Below, in pieces: positions 10,120 to 20,701 of a stretch of DNA of 64,000 nt (position 1 is its first letter; every line of letters begins with the position of its first letter). Source of the DNA: an uncultured cyanobacterium (GTDB taxonomy: Bacteria; Cyanobacteriota; Cyanobacteriia; Cyanobacteriales; CAWCAG01). The position numbers and the translations under genes are program-made. Location: assembly GCA_963803805.1 (NCBI GenBank), contig CAWDOD010000002.1, positions 448,001 to 512,000 of the forward strand, given 5' to 3'. The notes below the pieces were generated by a model that saw only the letters and a program-made list of their open reading frames with translations, was not told where the DNA came from and did not search any database.

Positions 10120-11982
10120 CTATAGTTTCGCGCCACAATCAGGACAGAAGTTATTGGTAGAAGGATTTTTGACACCGCAACTACTACAGTTAATTAATTC
10201 TGCTGCCTTTTCTAAAGGACTTTTTTCCGGTAGTCCTACCATTTGAGCATTATTTTTGCCCGGTGGAATCATCGGATAGCAGTTTTCGTCCCTAGTTACT
10301 TGGGCATCTATTAAGACAGGGCCTTCATAGGCAAGCATTTCGGCGATCGCATCTGCTAAATTATCCCGTTCTTTTAATACCATACCTTTAACCCCAAAGG
10401 CTTTAGCAAGAAGTTCAAAGTCTGGCATTCCTGCTTGCATATTAGAAGAGGAGTAACGTTCACCGAAGAAGTTTTGCTGCCATTGCCTAACCATACCTTG
10501 CCAGCCATTGTTGATAATCACTGTTTTGACACTGATGTCATATTGAGCCAAAGTAGCCAATTCTTGCAGGTTCATTTGAAAGCTAGCATCGCCACTAATA
10601 CAAATTACTTCTTCTTCTGGGAGGGCAATTTTTGCTCCCATAGCAGCAGGCAAGCCGTAACCCATTGTTCCCAAACCAGCACTAGAAATCCAGCGTCGAG
10701 GGCCATTTTTAAGGAATTGGGCAGACCACATTTGATGTTGTCCAACATCAGTGGTGTAGTAAGCATCTGGGGCCTGGTTGGCAATTTCTACAATTACTTC
10801 TTGGGGAGATAAACTATGACGATGGCGAGGGATGACCAAAGGATAATCTTTACGCCAGCCCGCAATTTTATCTCGCCAACTTTGAGTACGTTCATAATTA
10901 GGAGCAATTTCCAACTCCTCAACGCGCTGAAGAATTTGTTTAAGGACTTGACGTACATCACCAACAATAGGTACTTCCGGGGCGCGGTTTTTACCAACTT
11001 CAGCCGGATCAATGTCAATATGAATTACTTTAGCGCGAGATGCAAATTCATCTAACTTTCCTGTTACCCTGTCATCAAATCTTGCTCCTACAGCGATTAA
11101 AAGGTCACATTCACTAACCGCAAAGTTGGCATAGGCAGTACCGTGCATCCCTAACATACTCACAGCCAGGGGATGATGTTCATCAAATGCCCCCAAACCC
11201 ATTAAGGTGGTGGTGACAGGTATTTGAAAATGCTCTGCTAACTGTTTTAATTCTCCATGGGCGCTAGCAGAAATTGCTCCTCCCCCGACATAAAGTAAAG
11301 GACGTTGGGAACGTTCAATTAATTTAATAGCTTGGTTAATTTGCCGAGGATTACCTTTAACCGTCGGGCGATAGCCAGATAATTTTACTGTACCTGGTTC
11401 TACAGGAACATAGTTAAATTCTTCTAGCCCGACATCTTTAGGAACATCAATTAATACTGGCCCCGGACGACCTGTGCTAGCAATATAAAAAGCTTCTGCG
11501 ACTACCCTGGCCATATCTTGGGGACGGCGCACTACATAGGAATTTTTAACTATAGGAAGAGTAATACCAAAAATATCAGTTTCTTGAAAAGCATCTGTAC
11601 CAATTGACCCAGTTGCTACTTGTCCGGTGACAACTACCATGGGGATCGAGTCCATGTGGGCAGTGGCAATACCTGTAACCAGATTAGTCGCCCCAGGGCC
11701 AGAGGTGGCGAAACAGACACCAACTTTACCTGTAGCACGGGCATAACCATCAGCAGCATGGGAAGCCCCTTGTTCATGGCGGACTAAAATATGTTTGAGG
11801 TGGCCTTTTTCTTCCGCTCGATATAATTCATCATAGATAGGCAAAATAGCCCCACCAGGGTAGCCAAAAATATGCTTGACACCATGACGAACGAGACTGT
11901 CAATTAAGGCAAATGCACCAGTTGCGCGGCTAGGCACAACTAAAGGAGGTTTAGCTTGGGAAATAGCAGTTAAAGAAACCAC
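10120..11982 (-). CDS. ilvB: Acetolactate synthase large subunit with C-terminal zinc ribbon
   Basis: [34 protein letters not shown] motif; CxxC...CxxC tail. Confidence 0.97.
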   Translation of the reverse strand: MVSLTAISQAKPPLVVPSRATGAFALIDSLVRHGVKHIFGYPGGAILPIYDELYRAEEKGHLKHILVRHEQGASHAADGYARATGKVGVCFATSGPGATNLVTGIATAHMDSIPMVVVTGQVATGSIGTDAFQETDIFGITLPIVKNSYVVRRPQDMARVVAEAFYIASTGRPGPVLIDVPKDVGLEEFNYVPVEPGTVKLSGYRPTVKGNPRQINQAIKLIERSQRPLLYVGGGAISASAHGELKQLAEHFQIPVTTTLMGLGAFDEHHPLAVSMLGMHGTAYANFAVSECDLLIAVGARFDDRVTGKLDEFASRAKVIHIDIDPAEVGKNRAPEVPIVGDVRQVLKQILQRVEELEIAPNYERTQSWRDKIAGWRKDYPLVIPRHRHSLSPQEVIVEIANQAPDAYYTTDVGQHQMWSAQFLKNGPRRWISSAGLGTMGYGLPAAMGAKIALPEEEVICISGDASFQMNLQELATLAQYDISVKTVIINNGWQGMVRQWQQNFFGERYSSSNMQAGMPDFELLAKAFGVKGMVLKERDNLADAIAEMLAYEGPVLIDAQVTRDENCYPMIPPGKNNAQMVGLPEKSPLEKAAELINCSSCGVKNPSTNNFCPDCGAKL

Positions 11983-12178
11983 GATGATACCTTTTCTGGT
12001 TAGATAATTGTTTATCTTAAATTTTGTTGCTAAGTATGCAACCTATAGCTCAAAAATTTGATATTAATTAATGTTCTGATTTTAGGCTGAGAGATGTGGA
12101 GATGTAAACTCTCTGTTAATATTGCAATTGGTGGGGTAATGGGGTAAAAGGTTTTAGAATTAAACTATCTGGCCAAAA

Positions 12179-14311
12179 TCAAGAGTTTCCCTCTGTCTCT
12201 GGGAGGATTTGTACCCTGGCGAATTTTAATCCGGTCACACCTTGCAAAGGTTCTACCATCCCGGAAGTAGTTTCTTTGGCAATCCAAGCTTCTCGCTGTA
12301 AATAGGCCAAATACTGACGATATTCTAACCACTCTTCTTCGGTAGAATAGACAAGGGTTAACATTCCTGGTTGAGTGATGCGTTCTCTAGTTTGGGCATC
12401 CACCGCTTTGTCGATGCGCTTTTTAACAATTTCGTAACGGGTATCCCTAGTACTACCTTTAATATCAAAAAGCCTTTCTGTACGTTCATCATGAACAATA
12501 TCTACCGTTGTATCCTGTACCAAAACTAAGTGGGTTAATTCTAAGCTTTGGTTGGAGACTTGGTGCAAAGAAAAGCAACTCCTGGCACAGTCGCAGATTG
12601 CCCTTAACTGTTCGTAGCGTAGACTGTGAAGGTTAAAGAGAGAAAATTGTCGCTTAATAGAAGAACCGGCATAAAGCATATGATCCATGCCATCAGTCAA
12701 TTCAATGTCGCAGTAATGAGGGACAATTTCCTGCATATGTTCTTGCCAGCGTTCCCAAGTTTTTTGTAGGTGGTGATTAATTTCTTGGATAGTTTTATCA
12801 TAGCGATCGCGGGCTACATAAACACAACGGTGTTCGTTAGCAATAGCTTTTTCATAAGTAGCGATCCCTTGGGCAACTTCAGCCCCATATTGTTGCCAAG
12901 AATCAAAATAAGCCTCACAATTTTCTTTCAAGTAGTCGATGGCTTTGACTTCATCTTCTACTAAAATTCCTTGGCTAAGACGTTCTACGTAGGCTAACAA
13001 ATCTACTTTTAATTGCCTTAAGAAGGCGATATTACGCTTTTGGCAAGCAGCTTCGATAATCTTTAAAGCTAGGCAAAATTGAGCTTGTAAGTCTTTTTGA
13101 ATTGCTTGGTTGCGTTCATGGGAAGATCCCCGAATGTCAGAGATTCCATACATAGGATAGACATTTTTGAAGACAATGGGTTCTGGAGGTAAACCTAAGC
13201 TACGCCTTTCTGCTTCTTGAGAGAAACGCCATTCCACTGCCGGGTGAATATGGGTGAATTGTCCTTCTACTCCCTGACGTAAAGCCATTCTTAAAGCAGG
13301 AAGTAGTTTGGAACCATAATTAATATCAAGTTGATTAAAATGATAGGGGCGATCGCTGGCTATGGCGACAATACCCATCAATCTTTCCGATGGTTCTTGG
13401 GTTTCTGAGGCTAGCAGTAAAGGAATAAGTAATAGGGAACGTATCCCTTGATTCAATAGGCTTTGTTCCCATTGTGTTTGACAGCCTTTACTAAGATCTC
13501 CGATGGTAACAACTTTTTCTGTATTAACCGCTTGAAAAAAGCAAGAATCTGCTAAGGTTTTCAGAGAAGGAAGTTCTGATTGTTGTACTTGCTCCCCAGC
13601 ACAAGTAAACATCCTGATTTGTTCGTGTTTAAAACTAATCAAAAGGTTTTTTTGAGCGCGGAATAGCAACTGCAACTTTTCTGTGATTAGTTTGAATTTT
13701 TCTGGTCTAAATACAGAATCTCGCTCCAATAAAAGGGCAATAATACGTTGTATAGTTTCTTGGGCAGTAATATCTACCCCTTCCCACAACCAAAAACCTT
13801 TAACTCGGTAATTACTTAATTTTAGTTTTTGTTGCCAACCAGGTTCTATACCTTGGCAAGCAACAATTTGAGAGACATCAAATTCAGCCAATTCATCTCT
13901 GGTAGGATCGATGCGTTCTATGGTAAGTTGTTCAGAACGCAACCAGAATTGAATGTAGCGTAGTTCTTGATTGGGAGTTGATAAAGTTGCGATCGCTGGT
14001 TCTTCTATTACTTCCCAACAAGAATGTTTGATACCATAAACATCTCGTAAAACCAGAGGTAATAAATGACGGCGGTAAAGTTGTTCCCAACTAAAGCGAT
14101 CCCAATCTGCAAAAAGTTCTAATAAGGTTGTTAAAGGGTTTGAAGCAATACGACGTAGAGATTCGTTAGCATATTTAATAGTTAAGGTTCCCGGTTCCAC
14201 AGCAGCCATAAGAAACTTACTAGATGCTGGTAGTGCCATCAATAAGTCTTTCTCAACAATACCGTTATTATTTACGATGGATGGCTTTGTTTTTGCCTCG
14301 GATAAACTCAT
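12179..14311 (-). CDS. GAF domain protein with an uncharacterised C-terminal domain (possibly a divergent class III cyclase fold)
   Basis: GAF-type GIRSLLLIPL..LMGIVAIAS; C-terminal IHPAVEWRF, SDIRGSS, TDG, RYEIVKKRIDKA. Confidence 0.75.
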   Translation of the reverse strand: MSLSEAKTKPSIVNNNGIVEKDLLMALPASSKFLMAAVEPGTLTIKYANESLRRIASNPLTTLLELFADWDRFSWEQLYRRHLLPLVLRDVYGIKHSCWEVIEEPAIATLSTPNQELRYIQFWLRSEQLTIERIDPTRDELAEFDVSQIVACQGIEPGWQQKLKLSNYRVKGFWLWEGVDITAQETIQRIIALLLERDSVFRPEKFKLITEKLQLLFRAQKNLLISFKHEQIRMFTCAGEQVQQSELPSLKTLADSCFFQAVNTEKVVTIGDLSKGCQTQWEQSLLNQGIRSLLLIPLLLASETQEPSERLMGIVAIASDRPYHFNQLDINYGSKLLPALRMALRQGVEGQFTHIHPAVEWRFSQEAERRSLGLPPEPIVFKNVYPMYGISDIRGSSHERNQAIQKDLQAQFCLALKIIEAACQKRNIAFLRQLKVDLLAYVERLSQGILVEDEVKAIDYLKENCEAYFDSWQQYGAEVAQGIATYEKAIANEHRCVYVARDRYDKTIQEINHHLQKTWERWQEHMQEIVPHYCDIELTDGMDHMLYAGSSIKRQFSLFNLHSLRYEQLRAICDCARSCFSLHQVSNQSLELTHLVLVQDTTVDIVHDERTERLFDIKGSTRDTRYEIVKKRIDKAVDAQTRERITQPGMLTLVYSTEEEWLEYRQYLAYLQREAWIAKETTSGMVEPLQGVTGLKFARVQILPETEGNS

Positions 14312-14422
14312 ATCAAATCCGACTCTTACTAGGCTATATTAAATTGCTTTTTATTCTAACCTTAAGGTTAGCTAAGGGTTCCTAGAATAATATACAAACC
14401 TGAATTTTTCCTAAGTTTTGAC

Positions 14423-15142
14423 CTAATAGCTGTTAGCTTTTTCTTGATAAGGAAACAACCCTGATTCTATGGGAGGGCGTAAACACAAGTAAGCTAAAGC
14501 CCCGATTAAAGGAACTAAGCTAACGGCCCAAAAAATCCAGGTACTCTTGATACCTCTCCTTGCTAAATCATCTCTCAAAAGGGCGGGAAATACCAAACCA
14601 AGTAGACAAAAGTCTAAACTCATGACGTGTATAAAACGATTTGTTTGCCACTGTTGCAGGAAATCTGACCAATCACCTTGCCACAAACCAAATATTAGTA
14701 AGGTTCCTGCGGCTAAGGTTAACCCTAGTCCTAACCAACGGGAATCTTGTAATTTTAAAAACCAGTTTTTCTCTCCCGGAAATTGAGGATTCCTTTGACG
14801 CAACGCTAAGTAGGGCAGTATGGCAAAAGCACCTACACCAAAGGAAAAGGTTACAAAAGGCCAAGCAGGTATTTTTTGTCCCCGACCATCAATGAATAAC
14901 ATACAACCATAAATCATCGGCCAAATTCCCATGAGGTTGAATAAAGCGATAATTAAAGGATTGATACCTGCCCATTCTCCTGTAGAAAGTTTGGTGATCA
15001 ATTCAAAGGTGTCTGGTTGTTGAGGAGGGGCGAGGAAAAAAGCGTAAATGGTGAATGTTAGCCATATTAGTACGAAGCTGATTTTTTTCTTCATGGGGAG
15101 CAGTTTTAAGTAATAAGTTTTAGCTGTGGAAGAAACAACCAC
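14423..15142 (-). CDS. DUF2834-like membrane protein
   Basis: Multi-TM; FNLMGIWP, FIHVMSLDF, DDLARRG. True start may be the ATG near 15094. Confidence 0.7.
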   Translation of the reverse strand: MVVSSTAKTYYLKLLPMKKKISFVLIWLTFTIYAFFLAPPQQPDTFELITKLSTGEWAGINPLIIALFNLMGIWPMIYGCMLFIDGRGQKIPAWPFVTFSFGVGAFAILPYLALRQRNPQFPGEKNWFLKLQDSRWLGLGLTLAAGTLLIFGLWQGDWSDFLQQWQTNRFIHVMSLDFCLLGLVFPALLRDDLARRGIKSTWIFWAVSLVPLIGALAYLCLRPPIESGLFPYQEKANSY

Positions 15143-15234
15143 TTCTTCACATTGAGAATTATTTTATTGATTGGGGTGTTGGTTTGTGTTGTTTTGAAGG
15201 TATCTATAAAGATATCTACATTCGATCATGTTTT

Positions 15235-15770
15235 CTATGATTTTGACCAATCATCTATTGACAAGTCTTTAATTTTCCCAAAATCGATGTGTTTCTGGTT
15301 AGAAGAGTTGCCTTCTTCACAATAGAAATTGCGGCAATTCTCAGATCCATCGTTCCTAGACGTGGATAAAGCTTTCTCAAACGCTGATATTCCACACCAG
15401 CAGTTTGATCAAAGGGGATAATTTGAATTGAACGATAATTTTCTGAAAGCTTTTGTAGCCATTAGACATCTCCGATAATTAAAAATCCAATCAATTCTCA
15501 TACCGAAATTATCAATTCTTACCACTGTTCCCTGTTCCCCGTTCCCCGTTCCCTCTTTTCCGGAGATGTCTATTGATATGCCATTACTTGCTCATCCAGA
15601 GTTTTTGATCTGGAGAGAACACTAAGTCTCCCTCTAAGTTGCTCTTCGTAGGTAATGATAGTGACCGCAACTGAAACGTCATCCAGAGTTGCCAATCTTG
15701 CTAAAATTTGCCTTCCTTGTTGATTGTTTCTCTGAATCAGGCTGAGATGATCAGTATCCAGGATGTACAT
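15235..15770 (-). pseudogene. vapC: VapC (PIN) toxin disrupted by a MITE and a 1-bp deletion
   Basis: MYILDTDHLS...YEEQLRG...AYQ|WLQKLSENYRSIQIIPFD...GTMDLRIAAI...LLTRN; the C-terminal DFGKIKDLSIDDWSKS* lies in a shifted frame near 15288. Confidence 0.9.
15464..15571. mobile_element. 108-bp MITE with 11-bp TIRs and a 3-bp target duplication
   Basis: AGACATCTCCG...CGGAGATGTCT flanked by ATT (15461-63 and 15572-74); removing the element plus one ATT restores the vapC frame at this point. Confidence 0.92.
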
Positions 15771-15787
15771 AATGAAACGCTATGCTT

Positions 15788-16000
15788 CTAATCCGCAGAC
15801 TTACGCCATTCTTGGCCAAGTTTGACCGCTTCCTCAAATTTCGGATCATCTTCAAAGCTACCTGCTATACTTACCCACCACGGGGTTTCTTTTTGAAGCA
15901 AACCGGTAAGTAGCTGTTTCAATTTTGATAGTTCTGTTTCCAAAGTCGCAACTCGCACTTCGAGGTGTCGAGAAGGATTATCCAGTTGTTGGGAAGTCAT
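15788..16000 (-). CDS. Putative antitoxin of the vapC gene
   Basis: LEVRVATLETELSKLK...PWWVSIAGSFEDDPKFEEAVKLG, a pattern typical of cyanobacterial antitoxins; lies directly upstream of vapC. Confidence 0.75.
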   Translation of the reverse strand: MTSQQLDNPSRHLEVRVATLETELSKLKQLLTGLLQKETPWWVSIAGSFEDDPKFEEAVKLGQEWRKSAD

Positions 16001-16245
16001 AAAAGCTTAGTAGGTGAATATTGTAGTCACATTTTAGCAACCTAGCCATATGGGAGTGCAGGAAATTCAAAACCTCTCAATAATTCAATACTTGATGGAT
16101 TGGAAGTCAATAAAATAAACATTAAACCTTATCGGAAATAGTGGAGATGCTTACTATATATTGTTAGGAATAATAGTTTGACCTGAATCGAGATAGGCGA
16201 TCGCTTCGCTGCATCATTAGGTTATCGCGTCTTCCCTACCAAACT

Positions 16246-16773
16246 CTACCAAAGCTTACAGTCGTTAAGAGAATCAACACACTTGATTGTGCCACCTTCA
16301 GGAAAAATAGCGGTATTTAATTTCAAAGCCTGCCAGCCTTCAGGATACTGTAGAGTATATACCGGCAAAAAATTACGGGCTAAGTCTCTTTCAAAACCAA
16401 ATCTAGAATAATACTGAGGGTCACCATAAACAAAAACGATAAATGAACCTATGTTAGAAATAATCTCTAAACCATACTTCACCAGTGAAGAGCCAATTCT
16501 ACTTTTTTGACATTTTGGAGATACTGCTAAGGGAGCAAGTAGATAAGCAAAATGCTCATTATTTTCTTGAAGATAGACTGGGCTAAAAGCTGTATGACCA
16601 ACGACTTCATTGTTTTCTATGGCAACAAGAGAAATTATATTTATTGGTGATTTTTCATTTAGAAGATTGATTGCAAAATCAGAAACCATCTGGGCTTCCG
16701 ATTTGTCAAAAGCTTGGAGATGAATATTCCTGATACTTTCAGAATCACTTAAATTTGCTTCTCTTATTTGCAT
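16246..16773 (-). CDS. GNAT N-acetyltransferase (YhbS-like)
   Basis: LAPLAVSPKCQKSRIGSSLV, VYGDPQYYSRFGF. Confidence 0.9.
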   Translation of the reverse strand: MQIREANLSDSESIRNIHLQAFDKSEAQMVSDFAINLLNEKSPINIISLVAIENNEVVGHTAFSPVYLQENNEHFAYLLAPLAVSPKCQKSRIGSSLVKYGLEIISNIGSFIVFVYGDPQYYSRFGFERDLARNFLPVYTLQYPEGWQALKLNTAIFPEGGTIKCVDSLNDCKLW

Positions 16774-16801
16774 AAATTTCTTTACTAGCGAACTGGCGGA
16801 C

Positions 16802-17128
16802 TTAAGTAAATCCGATACTCTTTGTTACTCTCTTCTCTAAAAGTTCAACCAATTCTGGCTGCATATACTTGTATGTGTCTGGAATACCCAAAACAACAAC
16901 TTTCTTGTTTTTTAGCAATGTACTGAAGCATTTAGTTATTTTCTCTTTGTGAGTCCTTTCCATCACAAAAACCACATCTGCCCACTCAATTAAATCACCA
17001 CTAATTGGTGTTTCCGAATCGCTATTTGTGCCAGCGCTTATTGATTCAATGCCCTCATAATTAGAGAAAACTTCTTCTGCTGTGGGGCTTCGCCATCTAT
17101 TTTTGCTACAGATAAAGAGTAATTTCAT
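16802..17128 (-). CDS. Low-molecular-weight protein tyrosine phosphatase family protein
   Basis: MKLLFICSKNRWRSPTAE (CX5R-type loop), WADVVFVME, LGIPD; start placed at ATG 17128. Confidence 0.88.
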   Translation of the reverse strand: MKLLFICSKNRWRSPTAEEVFSNYEGIESISAGTNSDSETPISGDLIEWADVVFVMERTHKEKITKCFSTLLKNKKVVVLGIPDTYKYMQPELVELLEKRVTKSIGFT

Positions 17129-17344
17129 TCCTACTTTACTTTGAGGTTTAGGCATCGCGCACTATCTCCAGTGCCTCGCCTTTTGCGAGTAGCTTTGGGC
17201 CCTCCCTCCTGAATGCGCTATGTGCGGCCTACGGTCAAAGCATCGGAGAAACCGAGGTCATTTAGAAGGTGATTATCACCTCTTGCGTTTCTCCTCCCGC
17301 AATACACTCATCCGCAAGGATTTCGATCTAGCCTATGTAGAATT

Positions 17345-17625
17345 CTCGGCCATCCGTTTCTATTCCTACCCAGGTATCTGTTCCACAGATACCTGCACAA
17401 ATCCCTATCACTACTATATCTATACTATATCTATTAGTTTGTGTTCTTTGGTTCGCTCTACTCTTGGGTCTGTTAATTCCGTGAAGTGGTCAATTAGTGT
17501 GATTTTCGGTTTTAATTTCATGGCAGTAGATTCTCGGATTTCTCTGTTCTTGTACTAATCTACTTCTTTGTTCTTACTTTCCCGCTTTTCATACTATTTC
17601 ATACTATTTAGATGCAGTTGCCCTG
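17345..17625 (-). mobile_element. ISAs1-family left-end remnant with truncated transposase
   Basis: TIR-like CAGGGCAACTGCATCTAAA ending at 17625. ATG 17521 gives MKLKPKITLIDHFTELTDPRVERTKEHKLIDIV..ICAGICGTDTW; the frame is broken by an 11-bp tandem duplication at 17413-17434. Confidence 0.88.
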
Positions 17626-17719
17626 CTCCACAGCCAAAGGCAAGTATATTTTTTGACGAAAACGGTATAAACTTTCACGCTTTGAACTATAATGCAACCC
17701 CTAGTAGCTCTGTGTCTAA

Positions 17720-18793
17720 ATGGCTAGGACTTTAATGAACCCATACCTTACTGATCTGAACTCTCTAAAGTTACCCCTAAAAAAGAGCAATGAACTCGTT
17801 GCGGTTTCCCTATTTTCGGGAGGTGGGGGGCTTGATTTAGGTTTGTCCCTTGCAGGATTTGATTTCAGATACTCTAATGATGAAGTTCAGTACTATTGTG
17901 ATACTATCGCGTACAATTTCTCTGACTGTATAGCAGAAGCTAAAGATGTTAGAGAGTTGAAAGGGAACATAATCAAAGACTTAATTAATACTGAGAAAAT
18001 AAGTCTCATTGCTGGAGGCCCACCCTGTCAAGCATTTAGCATCTTAGGCAAAAGGGGATCTTTCTCAGATATTCGAGGTCAGCTTGTGTTTGACTATATT
18101 CGTCTTATAAACGAGTTAAAGCCAGAAGCCTTCATTTTCGAGAATGTGCCAGGTTTGTTAACTCTCAACAACGGACAAGACTGGGAAAAGCTTTACTATC
18201 ACTTTCAAGCTGAGACAGGATACGACATTTATACTGAGATTTTGAATGCTGCTGACTATGGAGTGCCACAAATCAGGAAGAGAGTTTTTGTTGTAGGCTT
18301 TTGTGAACCTGCTGACTTTACCTTTCCTCAACCCAGATATCGTGATCCTTCGAGTTTAGACTTACTCAATCAAAATATTCCAGAGTGGATACCTGCCAAG
18401 CTTGCTTTAGAAAATATTGATGGCTTACATAATCATGATATTCGTGTTCATGGTGACAGAGTTCGTAGCCGATACGAAAAGATTCCACCAGGTAGAAGAG
18501 ACAAAGTAGACCATACAGATAGAATTGATCCCGAAAAACCTTCAGGAACAGTGCTGGTTGGTTCTAAAGCAGGTGGGGGTAGACCTCATATTCATCCATA
18601 TCTTCCTCGCCATATCACGGTTAGAGAAGCAGCACGTCTTCAGTCATTTCCGGATTGGTACAAGTTATTAGGAACATCAACAGCGCAGTACAGGCAGATT
18701 GGTAATGCTGTGCCTCCGATACTTGCTCTTGCCGTAGGTAAATCTATTCAAAATACTCTGGAAAGCTTGAATAATAAGGAGATGGTAGTTTGA
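17720..18793 (+). CDS. DNA (cytosine-5) methyltransferase
   Basis: LFSGGGG, GGPPCQAFS, ENVPGL, QIRKRVF, REAARLQSFP, QIGNAVPP. Confidence 0.97.
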   Translation: MARTLMNPYLTDLNSLKLPLKKSNELVAVSLFSGGGGLDLGLSLAGFDFRYSNDEVQYYCDTIAYNFSDCIAEAKDVRELKGNIIKDLINTEKISLIAGGPPCQAFSILGKRGSFSDIRGQLVFDYIRLINELKPEAFIFENVPGLLTLNNGQDWEKLYYHFQAETGYDIYTEILNAADYGVPQIRKRVFVVGFCEPADFTFPQPRYRDPSSLDLLNQNIPEWIPAKLALENIDGLHNHDIRVHGDRVRSRYEKIPPGRRDKVDHTDRIDPEKPSGTVLVGSKAGGGRPHIHPYLPRHITVREAARLQSFPDWYKLLGTSTAQYRQIGNAVPPILALAVGKSIQNTLESLNNKEMVV

Positions 18794-20289
18794 CACTTCC
18801 ATATCCAGGATATTCTTGGTCTTTCAATCACCATATGGGGAGAGTGAATTCGAGGGAAGTCTTTGCGCTTCTTGAATCGGCGTATCAATTCAGGCAACAT
18901 CCAAACTATCGAACATTGGTTAATCAGGCTCTTGTTGCTGGAGAAGTATTTACCGCAAATATTAGAGCTGATTCTGGGCAAGTGGATGCTTGGCGCGATT
19001 ATCAACAAATCCTCCCTGATTTGGGTCTGATTTACTCAACGAGATATATTAGACAACCACAGCTAACACCAATTGGTCTTATGTATATTGATGGCACAAT
19101 TGGTTATTCTGAGCTTTTTTCCACTCAAATTCTTGCTTATCAGTATCCTAATGGACACAAAACAGATATATCTCCAGCGGTAAAAAGAGAGTTATCACAA
19201 GCAGGAATCACTATTCCGCCAAATCGAACAGAGCTAGATGCTAATTCAGGAATCTTAATTAAGCCAGGAGTGCTAATTTTACAAGTTCTGGTTGAACTAT
19301 ATCGTCGAGGCTATGTTCCTGCCCTCGATACCCGTGAGTGTCTTCTGGCGCTTGTACCCACAATTCGCAACAGTGACTGGCAAGAAGCATTTACAAGATT
19401 ATTACAAATAAGACAGACAGGTGATACATCTGAGGCCGATAACCGAAGACTACGAGATGTTCAAGAGTGGTTTCAATTTTTGGGACAAAGTGACTTCGCA
19501 GTTAAGGAAAAAAACACAATTTATTTGGTCCATAAGGCTTTAGCAGAAATTGAACAACTTCAAGCTGTTTTAGATTTTCATACTGATCCAGCAACTTTCT
19601 GGATACCGCAAAGTTCGGTTGAGCGAAAGAATGCGTTATCCTGGTACGGATTCTTTGGTAGCCCAAGCATTGAATCTCAGTGGATAACGCCTGATGAATT
19701 ACGCAGTCAAGAGTATCTTTCAGAAAACTATCCTGATCACGAATTACTTGATAAAATCGATAGTTCTGCGGTGACTGCTGAGGATTCAGAAATTAATCTT
19801 AGACCTTTTTCGCCGAATGTTCCTGAAACTGTTGATGTAAATACTCCCGTCAATGTTGAGAATATTATCCAGGGACGGTCACGGCTGCGTGATAAAACAC
19901 GTCAGCATCAAGAAATTGTTGCAAGACTTGCAGCTAGGTTAACTGAGCTTTCCTACAACGTGGCAGACGATCCAAATTCAGTGGATTTACTTGCAGAGAA
20001 GAACGGCTTAGAAACTATTTTTGAAGTTAAAACCATTAATCGAAGAAACTTTCAACCTCGTATACGTTTAGGTGTAGGACAGTTATCAGAGTATAGATAC
20101 AGAAGACAATTGCAAACTCAAGTAAGACCTTCTTCTATTTTAGTTCTCGGTAATACCCTTCAGCTTCCAAGATGGGCACACGATTATTTTTCCTCTGATG
20201 TAAACATTGGTCTTCTATGCGCTAGAGCAGATGTATTTATAGCTTTAACTGGTGGAGCAATAGAGCTAGAAGTGCAAAATACAAGCTGA
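18790..20289 (+). CDS. Putative type II restriction endonuclease (C-terminal PD-(D/E)xK domain)
   Basis: 4-bp overlap with the methylase; HQEIV...VDLL...FEVKT...GQLSEY nuclease-like motifs. Confidence 0.7.
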   Translation: MTLPYPGYSWSFNHHMGRVNSREVFALLESAYQFRQHPNYRTLVNQALVAGEVFTANIRADSGQVDAWRDYQQILPDLGLIYSTRYIRQPQLTPIGLMYIDGTIGYSELFSTQILAYQYPNGHKTDISPAVKRELSQAGITIPPNRTELDANSGILIKPGVLILQVLVELYRRGYVPALDTRECLLALVPTIRNSDWQEAFTRLLQIRQTGDTSEADNRRLRDVQEWFQFLGQSDFAVKEKNTIYLVHKALAEIEQLQAVLDFHTDPATFWIPQSSVERKNALSWYGFFGSPSIESQWITPDELRSQEYLSENYPDHELLDKIDSSAVTAEDSEINLRPFSPNVPETVDVNTPVNVENIIQGRSRLRDKTRQHQEIVARLAARLTELSYNVADDPNSVDLLAEKNGLETIFEVKTINRRNFQPRIRLGVGQLSEYRYRRQLQTQVRPSSILVLGNTLQLPRWAHDYFSSDVNIGLLCARADVFIALTGGAIELEVQNTS

Positions 20290-20701
20290 AGCACTTAATA
20301 AGCTGCCTTGTGATGTTCTTATGACGTAAGCTTCCCACCAATCTGCTTCAGGTATAGTCCTAACCGATGGCTGAGGCAACCTGACTATATATCAAATGGA
20401 CATTTTATACGAATTTAATCGATCCAATCCCCCCTTTCAGGATTTTATACCGACATTTTCCGTAGAATGCCTATGTGAGGTATTCTACACGGATTTTTTG
20501 CTTCTCAATCTGAAACCTAACACCTAAAAAGTATCTGGTATAAAAATATTCAGCCCAATCTCATCTCACAAGATGTATTGTCTCAGATCACATTAATATT
20601 CTTCTTCTAAGCTGAACATGGAAGAAGTAATTTTTTTTATAATAGACTCGCAAGCCAGATAACAGTTTTTTAAGGACAAGCAAAGACCGCAAGGAGCCTA
20701 T

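Noticed and set aside
10120-10200. Zinc ribbon on IlvB as a novel fusion
   Set aside because: Commonly seen on cyanobacterial IlvB proteins.
17220-17558. 112-aa plus-strand ORF
   Set aside because: Largely antisense to the ISAs1 remnant; no recognisable domain.
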